DNA of 63,268 nucleotides, the filler included, from Choristocarpus tenellus KU-1152 (Eukaryota; Protista; Phaeophyceae), in NCBI GenBank assembly GCA_964200185.2. It is 9 parts of 9 records of this genome, joined end to end, with 100 filler letters (N's around TTAATTAATTAA, not from the genome) between each part and the next. Parts side by side here need not be neighbours in the genome. Positions count along the whole stretch, not along the records: positions 53,261 to 63,268 come from CAXNAD020003209.1; 8 more parts are not named here. The stretch is one strand, 5' to 3'. The position numbers and the translations under genes were made by a program. Shown piece by piece: positions 53,331 to 63,268 of this stretch (positions are counted from its first letter, which is position 1; each line of letters starts with the position of its first letter). The notes beneath the pieces were generated by a model that saw only the letters and a program-made list of their open reading frames with translations, was not told the origin of the DNA and searched no databases.

Positions 53331-53573
53331 AAACCATTGCACCATGGGTGTTATTATCAGTGGTTGCCTTAAACACACGATATATATATATATACAAGTT
53401 GTACAACTTGGGAAGGTGCTGAAATGTTTAACTTTCAGTCTCAGGACATAGCTCAAGGTTTCTTGTGAAGGGACACATTTTGCGTTGAACTACATCCATA
53501 CAGCTATCCACTTGCCCATGAGATACTTAATCCCATGCTAACTCTTGATATTCACATGGCCTACACTCTTCAG

Positions 53574-56500
53574 GACGGTCTGACAAGAGTATAGTTTACA
53601 ACCGAGGAGACAAAGGTCCCAAAGATGGTGATGTGAGGCCGGCCCAAGCAAAGCAGAAACGAAGCCATGCTCGAGAGCGCAAGCCATGCCTTGTCAATGG
53701 CTGCATGGGTAATGCAATCTACACGTCATGTGCTATAAACTTTGCTGGGGATAGTACAGGGGTGTGCAAGGGTCATAAAGAGGCGGGCATGGTCAAGATC
53801 TCACGGAGAAAATGCAAGGTAGAGGGGTGAGTCTAGGCTTCAAAATAGTGCAGGGATGGGTACAAAGTAGTATACAATATCACAAGACTCAAAGTATCCA
53901 TCACAATTTTTTTCTACTATATTCAACTGTTTTTTCCAGAATCTCTTCTTCTTCTCTGAAGCAAACTTTTGGTCCATTATGTTTCTGTTTCTGATCTTGA
54001 GTGCAGCAACAAATTGAAACATAGCAAAGCTTACTTGTCTTGTGACTAAAATATATTACTGAATACCCCGGTGATACAGTGACATCTCACTATCATCACA
54101 AAATCAGAGTCCAGGATGCTACCTTGCATAGTCCATGGATCAACACCCCACTAGTGAAAACACTCTCAAAGCACTCAATTCATTCTTCATACTTACCCTT
54201 AACCCTGTTTAGTGTACACTGCCAGCAGTACTGCTACCCACCCTCTCACCGATACGGAGAATCAGGAAGGAGGCTATTTTGGGGTTCAAATCTTCAACCT
54301 CTGATATTTTCAACTATAAGATGCCATTGTAATACTATCAGACCTGTACGTCATGTAACCAACTGCCCTAGTAGTACAGTGGTATCTCAATACTCTCAGT
54401 TTGGTGATCCCCACAACATTGCTCTTATTTTTACTTTTCTGTATGTGAGCATAACAACTTTCCCTTTCAGTGCTGTACTGTTGCAACTAATGCTTCATAT
54501 TGCAGCTTTCCATTACTTGACATTGAACTCCATAAAAAATGCTTCGTTCACCCTCACGCCAACATCCACTTCATTTATGTGCAGCATGTCTAACCAGTTG
54601 GTCCTTTCACTGTGGACTAGTTGGTATAATTAGCCCTCTTGCAAAGATATGTCTCAGGGTCAAATCCCACTGCCAGCAACATCTTCCTGTGAGGGGTATA
54701 TTGTTTGTTTATGCCACGCAGATCACGTACGCACCTCTTGGTAACCCTAACCCTAACCCTTGTATAGTGCAGCCAAACCAATTATTGAACAAGGTCAAAT
54801 TCCCAGATCGAGTGACATTTTTTTTTTTCAAATTCCCAGAAGCTACACAGAAGCAGAAAAGCGTGCTGAAAACCTGAATGTAAAATTTCCCCTTTAAAAA
54901 GAACACGCTGTTAATTCAACTCTATTGTAGATATGGATAGAAGCTTGACGAGTGGTGGGATCAAGGTATAAACTTTGGTGGCTGGAGGAATCCCTTGAGG
55001 CTGAGAGGCTTACGTGCAAAGACAATAATTTGTATATTTAAATATGGAAGAATTTGAAGGATCTAGAAATATTTCTTTTCCTGCCTTGTTTCTACGTAGA
55101 GGTCGTTCTAGAAATCTTTTTTGGTGTGGAACTCTGGCATCTTTTTTTTTAATCACAGTAATCGAATTGCTACAATTTCAATCTGGTGAATAACATTTGG
55201 CATAGAAATTAAATGGTTTTATCTTACATGTTATTGCTCATGCTTGCACCTGCAGTGCGACTTGTGCTTTTTTTTTCATTTGTCCCTCATTCATGCACTG
55301 CACTCACCTTTTCATTCTAGTCCAAGAAATATGCGGCAATTTTTTGGCTCAATTCGGTTTGCACCTTCAAGACCTTTTGATTCTCATCTCTACCCACATC
55401 TTTTTTCCTCATTTGTGTTACTTGAGCGGTAACTTGTAAAGCTGTGAGGTCACCTGTCCCTGCTGTGTGCTGGATACATGTGCTCGTGAATGCGTGTTTG
55501 TTTTGTCATCATCCTTGCAGGTGTCTAAGTTACCCCATCTTTGGGCACGATGAGGACAAACTGGCCATTCGATGTGGCAAGCACAAAGAGCCAGGCATGG
55601 TTGATGTCAAGAACAGGCGATGCACTGTGAGTCTATAATCAATCCTGTATTAATGTTCATGGCAGGATGAAGGATTGTTACGTGATATAATGGACTAGAA
55701 ATACCTGGTTGTGATTCAAGCTTCTACTGTCGTGGACTTCGGTAGAGTCTGCTTTTTTTGCTTTGTGTATGCCTTCTACACCTGGTTTGTGCTTACGCAG
55801 AAATCACTTCTCACAAGACCTAACACATTCCGCACAGTCCTTGTTAATGGAATTGACCTTGGGTTGACCTGTCGCCATCATTCCACACCCCTAACCATAA
55901 CCAAGAGCCTGAGGCTTTACCGACATATGAGTGAAAGTATCTTATTAAGAGAGGGTACGAATTTCACTCTGTTTTTCCATTTGGGGCCTGGATCCCATGG
56001 GTTTTTTTATGATATTTACCTCCAAAATGTTTAGGAGTAGGTAAAATGTATGCATTATGAAACGTGTGTCCGAGACATAGATATTGACACTTCCTGACAA
56101 ACACGATAGCAGAATTTACGTCAAAATTGCAACATTGGATTTTGACCCCCAAACGGACATGGCTCTACCCTCTAAGATACTTTGGTTCTATGAGGACAAA
56201 AGAAACCCAATTCATACAAGAAAGAAAATGTTTTTTTTTGAAGCCTTCACCCTAGCTGTTGATCCTTTCTTGGATCAGGTCTCAATTTGAATAATGAGGG
56301 GATTGATCACCTCCTTTACAACATACCAAGTAGGATAATTTACAAAAAAGAGGAAGAAAGGACTCTGGGTCATATCTTGGAACTTGCATCTTGTGCAAGT
56401 AAAATGCTGGAGTACGTAGTATTAGTATTGGTACAAATCAAGACCTGGCATAATGCCACTGAACAGGTTGGCTATCGAGCACCACTGCAATACCCTACAC

Positions 56501-59500
56501 CTGCTATCCCTAGCATTCTCGAAGTTGCAATGATATTCCTTTCAATATCCGTAACCCTGTATTGTCTATTCTTGGTACTGTATTGTTTTTTGTCCCTTTG
56601 TTTTCTGCTGGCTGTAGTGGGAAGGGTGTAATGTCCGACCAAGATATGGGTTTGAGGGGATGCCAACTGTGGTCTGCGGTGGGCACAAGGTTGCTGGTAT
56701 GATTACCACAGTCAACGGGAAAGTATTGGTTGCTAAGGAAGATGGAGAAGGTGAATAATTGTGTATGTGTGCCTTTATTGTGGAACCAGAGTCGAATGGA
56801 GAGATATCGATGCAATAGTACACCATTCCATGAGCCTCCCCCCCCACCAACCTTTCTTTCCCATGATAGGACGTGTCAAAGCAGGAGGGGATTCACCCAA
56901 ATCAGAAGCTGATGTCAGCAAGCGTGCAGACAAGAAGCACCCTTCACGCGCCGCGGCCAAGAGTGAGTATCGTAACTGTTTTCACTTTGCAAAGCATTGC
57001 ATCTGATCAGTCCACTACATACAGCAATAGGAGGCAGGGGGGGGGGGGGGGGTTGTTCAGTTCTTCCATGCGATACTTTTGATAACAGGACAAGCAGGGG
57101 GAGAAATCGAACGTTTCTTGTGCTGATTGCCTGGACATCTGTTTCGTTGTTTGAATACCTCGACCCTAACCTTAACCCCTAACGCAGCAGTGTGTTCTTG
57201 CTTTGCTGTCAGGGGCAACCCGTCGCCAGATCTGCGAGCACCATGGTTGCTTGACACAGGCCAGCTACGGACTAGCAGGCATGAAATTTGTTTTGAGGAA
57301 ATGATTGGGAGTAGGGTAGGGTCTGTTATGGTAAGGATTGCATTACCTGTTTTTACAGCAAGATTGGTTTTGTCGCTGTTCATGACTTAGTCTTCATCCA
57401 GCTGACAGTAGTGTGTCTGGTGAATATAGGATATTGTTTCCAATGCCTTCTATCGCTCACCAACGTACATCTATTTACAGTACTCTAGAAATTAGAGTTC
57501 TACTCTTGGCACTATTACAAAACACAGTCACTAGGGTCCTCTTTTGAGTTCGCGACAAATTTTCTGGAAGCCTGGGATTCTAACAAAATTTTGCTTCATT
57601 TTCCTTCAATAATATTGCAACCAGAAGCTCTATCCTAACCACATCTCACACCACTACATACACGATTGTAATCTGTAACTTTTCTGTAGGTACACAAAGA
57701 CCAATCTTCTGCTCCACACACAAAGAGGAAGATATGGTTGGTCTCAAGAACCGGCCTTGCATGTACCCTGGGTGAGATGCAGCGATAGAGAGAGTTAGGG
57801 GTTAGGATAGGATTAAGGTTAGAGATGAGGTTGTGCTTCTGAATAGTGTCTGTGTTAGGTTCAAGTTTAGGATTAGGAGTGGGAAATGGGAGAATGTGAT
57901 AAGCTGCATATGAGCATCTTTCATCGTACTCTGTTGACCATCTGTATAATTATTTTCATTTATTGGTGTTTTCCGTGCTTACTTATCATTAACCTTCGAC
58001 AGATTGCTGCACCTAATACTGAGCTGAGAAAGACATTGTACACAAAGATAAGCTTTTTGAGTTTGAAGAAGCTTGCTGTAAAAGTGCACATTTGCATGTC
58101 ACTCCTGTGAAGTATATACCTTGAATCTACTACAACAAATTGTGTGCACCTCCTGAGTTGATGGTTCATGCTATCGGAAGTGGTCGGCGCAATCCCCCCT
58201 TAAAGGATTGTATTTCTCAATTTCTGTCTAAGAGTTGGGCAAAGATTGATGTTTAACTTCTGGAACCGTTTGGTCGGATCTGCATCCTTGCTAAGCCCCA
58301 CCCTCTTTCTGGTTCCCTCCCTTCAAATATCTTCCAGATATTTCCCTAGATCTAGAGAGGTCGCTTCTGACATGACACTTTTGTGTACGGCTTTCAACAG
58401 GTGCGATATACGACCCCACTATGGTCGCGAGGGACAGAGGGCGGAATATTGCGCGAACCACAAGGAGGACAACATGGTTCATGTGAAGGTTGCCGCCAGG
58501 AATCGCCAACTCAATGCATTGCGCGAAAAGCAACCAGCAGGAGAAAACTCAGGGGAGGGTGATAAAATGGGGAGGGAAAGGGAGTTCAAGCGGACCAAGA
58601 AGGGGGATGCAAACGTGGAAGCCACTGCCACAGTGGAGGTGAATGCTGCTCCTTCCGCTAAGAAGGACTCCCCTCCTAGGGTAACCAAGGAAAGGTTGTC
58701 ATTTGCGAAGGTCAAGAGGAAGACAGGAAGATCAGACTATGGGTCATCTTCATTGAAGGACCAACAGAACACAAAACTAGATTGGGACAGGAACAGTGAA
58801 GATGAGAGAGAAGGGAAGGACCAGACAGAGGATTCCAGCCAAAACGACTGGGATGTGGAAGAAACAGGGATGTCAACAGTGGCGGCAGCTTCTCAACCCT
58901 GCATCAGGCCAGGGAAGCGCAACATCATGCCATCGAGAAAAGCGCTGGCTGCTGCTGGTGTGGATGAACCGAGTGGCCTGCAGAGGATGACCAAGGACAT
59001 GAAGATAAGAGAAAAGGAGAGGATTGCCGCGACTGCCAATCAGCAAAAGACGAACAACAAACAAATTCAACTAATGGGGGAAAGTGGAGGGTGTGTGATG
59101 GGTGTGATGGATGTGATGGGAAGGGAGACGAAGGGTGATGTGGCTTTGTGCGAGGATGTTAGAGTTGACGAAGTGAGGATCAGGGGGGACAAAAAAGGTG
59201 TCAGCGAGAAGAGGCTCAAGGTCTTTGCAGCAGCTCGAGAGGTATGTGTGTCCTGTGTATGAGAATGAGTGATTTGATCTGTTATATTATTCAGTCCTTC
59301 TTTGATCAGGTTCGATTTGTACCAATGAAGACACCCTTCCTACTTGAATATTTCGGTATGGGCTTGAAACTTTACTACCTAAACTTGCCCAACAAAAACG
59401 TAGCAATATTTAGCCCCAGTCCCTGACTTCATACCATTGTTCTCACCCCGTGTATCACAGGCTAAGAGACTAAAAATTGCAACCAAGAGTTCTCGCTTGG

Positions 59501-59666
59501 CAGGAATGGTAGTGGAGAGGACCAAGAGAACACCAGAATTAGGAGGACTGTCTGATCCTTCTGGTCCCAACATCTTTGAAGTGGCGAAGGTTGGGCCAGG
59601 GCAAGGGTGGGAGGAAGAGGGAGACTGGGTGAAGGAGGAAGAATGGTTAGGCAACAATGAATGGGT

Positions 59667-59699
<33 letters not shown>

Positions 59700-60632
59700 G
59701 GGGACCTGCTGTGAGTTTCCGGAGTGCCAAGGGAAGGCATTGTTTGGGTTGAGAGGGGGAGGAGCGCGATACTGGTGAGAGGAATAACGTGTAGTGGAAG
59801 GAAAGATGATGGATTAGGAGAGTTCGATTTGTTCATCCTAGTGTTTAATAATTGTGGTTTTGAGTCAAAGCATTTGAGAGGGTAGGGGCCACGTTCGTTT
59901 GGAGTCATAAATCCAATGTTTCGATTTTGATGAACAATGGTTATCATATTATTTAGGAAGTGTAAATATCCTTGTTCCGGACACACCTTTTATAGTCATA
60001 AATATTTTAGGAACTGTGTTCACACAGAAAACCGAAAAAGGACATTAAAAAACCGTGGGAAGTCAAGCCCCGAACAGACAAACAGGGCAAAACTCCTACC
60101 CTTTTAAATGCTTTGAGTAATTTTGTGTTTGGTAATAAGTGTGGAACTTACTGCTGCTATATACTGTGTTCTCGGTCTCATATCTGATGAGTCAACTGGC
60201 AGGACAAGATCATTCCATGTTCGTATTCCATCAATTTGGTAACATAGTAGTTTTGCTGGAAAGGTCCTATTCTAACCTGTATTTCCTTCCAACCTGTCAA
60301 GATTTGTAGTTTCATGCAATTTGGTGCTGTCTTTACGACACCATTGGATCATTCCACTAAGCAAATATGAGCTAATGCGCAAGAAATCACAGGCCCTACT
60401 ACTCTAAATTGTGCAGTACAGGCTGTCCTCTTTGTTGAAATGTGTCCCTTTCCATGACTGAACGTGCATTGCCAAGACTAACAGAAATCTCCATCTAACC
60501 TCCTCTGCACACGATACTATTTTAACTGTGGTCTCTTGGGCTGTGAACATGCTTGTCCGTTGAACCCTCCTCTTGTCCAAGTGCAGCAGGATACATCGGC
60601 TGTTTGGTATGGTGACAGTCCGACCCTTATGA
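53574..60632 (+). CDS. EsV-1-7-type Cys/His repeat protein, 5' partial; exons 53574-53826, 55521-55626, 56618-56750, 56870-56962, 57213-57278, 57690-57771, 58401-59241, 59461-59774, 60587-60632
   Basis: Six C-x3-(G/E)C...(F/Y)G...C-x2-H(K/R)-x2-(G/D/N)M repeats (first one variant); exon phases join consistently using one GC donor. Confidence 0.85.
55929..56188. mobile_element. MITE family A copy, 3-bp flank TAT (intronic)
   Basis: TIRs and interior. Confidence 0.9.
59862..60119. mobile_element. MITE family A divergent subfamily copy (intronic)
   Basis: Reverse-complement similarity to 47131-47404. Confidence 0.8.
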
Positions 60633-61607
60633 ATGGATGTGTTTGAGCAAACCTGGTTGTTTCCTGCTTTTGCCCTCCTTTTGAATGGTGTTGAATTTCC
60701 CACCGATAAGTCAAGCTCAAATGCAACAATTTTGCATTAAAATGGACAGTGTTTCCCTGATATTTTTTGGGAGGCAATGCTTAAATCCTGACAATGTTGT
60801 TACAGGCAAGCCTTGTTAACCGTGTACAGATATTCTTATCAATGAGAGACATGCTTTGAGGATGATTTTTTGTGAAATGGGTGGACACATGAGTGGATGG
60901 ATGTCATGGTCTTGATGACAGTCATTGATCTTGTTGTGTGCATAGGTGATCCTCCAGCTTATTGTTTGATGTTTCCTTGTGGTGAAGGTAATATTGACAG
61001 GATTCTGGAGGCTCAGAGATGCAGTGGTAAGCCACTCATTTCTTGTCACCAAATGCAATTGACTGAGCAGCTGTGAATTGTTGATGAAATCCATAGCATG
61101 AGATGTTATGTGTTTGGTTGGTATGTGCATTGTGTGTCATTGGGTTTGCCAGCAATCAAAAGTAGCAGGCAATATACTACCTCATTTTGTGAGGTACTGC
61201 TCTACTAAACTCAGTATGGAGTGCAACCATTCTGTTAGGGGTATGTAGGATGTTGCATCCTTAAAGCATGGTGTGGGAGGCAGTAAAAGGGTCTTTTGCC
61301 ATGTTCAAAGCATAGAAAGCTCCAGGAGAAATTTCTGTTCTTTGAGCTTGGTATGTCTTGTGTGTGTGTGTGTGCATGAGTGCGTTTTTTGTAATCTGTA
61401 AAAACAGATGTATTGCATTTCACACCATATTTGTGTAGTAGATAGACAGTGTGTATGCTTTGTATATTTTTTACTGGTTGTGAGTCGATGTGGTGTGCAT
61501 GTAGAGTGAGGGATGTGAAGTGAGTTAGATATTGTTTTGTCAACCTGTTAAATGCCAGTAGTAGAACACCGCCCACCTAGTCAAGCCTTACACTACAAAC
61601 ACACCAA

Positions 61608-61849
61608 GAGTGAAAGTTATTGGAGGGTACGAGTTTAGCCCTGTTTGTCCATGGGTTTTTTCAGGACATTTTCCTACTCCAAAATGTTTTGGAGTAGGCA
61701 AAATGTATATGTTATGAAGAGGTGTCCAGAACAAGGATATTGACACTTCCTAACAAACACAATAGCCAAAATTACATCCAAATCGCAACAGTAGATTTTG
61801 GTCCCCAAATGGGCGCGGCCTTACCTTACCCTCTAAGATACCTTGGCTT
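61608..61849. mobile_element. MITE family A copy with small internal deletion, 3-bp flank CAA
   Basis: TIRs and interior. Confidence 0.88.
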
Positions 61850-62369
61850 CAACTGCTTACCACCATGTTAATTACACGTCATCAATGGGTGCAATTTGTT
61901 TCTGTGGAAGCATTGCAAAACGATTCTGTGCGGTCGAAAGGATTTGACATCACCATTGATGGAGTGACGTTATATACATGGCTAATTTAATGGACTGTAT
62001 AGGTAGTTCTCTCTGACTTTTGGTCCAGTCTAAATTTATATACTCCCCTCCCTCCAAGTGTGCATGTCTTTCTGTATCATCCCTTTTAGCTGCATGTTCT
62101 TACTATTTCTTCAGGATAATCGTCAGTCTCAGTAGGTCATGTTCAAAAGTATGGTTTGAGGGTTGATTTCACAATTGTTTGAATTTATTTTACACTATCC
62201 GATATCCTGTACGAATTTGTAAAAAAAATAATTTTGCATGTATTTAACAATATCCTTTAAATGCAACTCTGGCTACCATTGTTTACTTTGACTCACCGTT
62301 GTTGTGTTCCAATTTCAACATCCACTCTTGGGGTGACAGTCTACAATACTCATCCTCCCATCCCTAGGA

Positions 62370-62546
62370 GACTCGAAGTATCTGGGGTGGTGGTGGTGAC
62401 TGTCCATTCAGGGCCCATTTTTCAATGTCACGTTTTTTGGGGTGTTTTGGTTTCATATGCCGGATGGATAATGTAAGTTCACTTCTCCTTGTCAGGGACC
62501 AAATGGGCACCCTGGTTTAGCCTCCCCCCCCCAGATACTTTAAGCC
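62370..62546. mobile_element. MITE family B copy
   Basis: GACTCGAAGTATCTGGGG...CCCCAGATACTTTAAGCC. Confidence 0.82.
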
Positions 62547-62943
62547 CGAGGTAGGGCACCAAATATACCTTGTCCTTACTGTTTTAGTGGAGTCAGTACC
62601 ACCAGGATGGGCAGGGAGTGAAGCCTCTCTCTACATCCACAAGCAAATTTCATCAGCATGATATTTGAAGCTGTGTGTCCCTTCACCAAGGCAAAAGTGA
62701 TTGCATCATCAGAATTAAAGGAGGTAGTCCAATCTATTCCATGAATTAACTGTTGTTAACCTACCCCCACCAAGCACTCCTTTTTGTGCAATAACTAACC
62801 CTAAGTACAGTATAATACAAGAGTGTGAACACAACATCAACTGTGTTAATCAGATAAGTGACCCGACATCCTCAAGATAGTCAAGGTGTGTAGCTGCACC
62901 CCACTGAGGATCCTCCAAACCCCCACGGGTACAGAATATGGGC

Positions 62944-63268
62944 TATATTATGAAGGTAGTGTTCCTTGCAGCAATGGCCCGTGCTAGGAAGCTCCCCAAG
63001 GGGATGTGGTTTGATAAGAAAATCAGGATCTAGTCAATTATGGACTCTAAGGTCGCTCAGCACTCCAGTGAATATTGGATCATCGCATTAAGGGTACAGA
63101 GGTGCTCGTGGTGGGCGGGGAGAGGTATAAGAAGGTCATGATCGAGAATTTCATCCCAGCATTAAAGACCCGCATGCCTAGGCAGGAAGGACACAACACC
63201 TTCATGAGCAGGATGGGGCAAAGTCACACACCGAGGGGGGGATCAAGGAGGCAGCAGGGTACATCATT
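62944..63268 (+). mobile_element. Decayed plant-type (DD39D) mariner transposase core
   Basis: YIMKVVFLAAMARAR...WFDKKIRI*...AQHSS...KGTE...RYKKVMIENFIPALKTRMP...QDGAKSHT parallels KVMFLAAVARPR/FDGKIGIW/QQDNA.PH; stops and frameshifts. Confidence 0.8.

Overview
Eukaryotic, intron-rich, repeat-rich nuclear DNA. It is not one locus: nine contigs are joined by artificial 100-nt linkers (44 N + TTAATTAATTAA + 44 N), so adjacency across linkers is meaningless. EsV-1-7-type Cys/His repeats, (CCCTAA)n telomere-type repeats and gene architecture suggest a brown alga or related photosynthetic stramenopile (inference). Spliced genes read by hand: SKP1 (3' four exons), a plant-SLAC1-like anion channel with a ~215-aa extra loop, a 9-exon EsV-1-7-repeat protein, the 5' end of an SLC35F-type transporter, the last exon of a syntaxin-16-like SNARE, a coiled-coil protein fragment and a C-type-lectin-like exon. 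Mobile DNA includes ~15 copies of a ~258-bp MITE (GAG...CTC ends, 3-4-bp TSD, Sola-like), two related MITE families, a decayed Ty1/copia pol and two plant-type (DD39D) mariner transposase relics. There is also a decayed 28S rDNA 3' fragment and a cluster of inverted, decayed intronless paralogous ORFs of unknown origin (18-21.4 kb). All homology calls are from motif recognition, not database searches.
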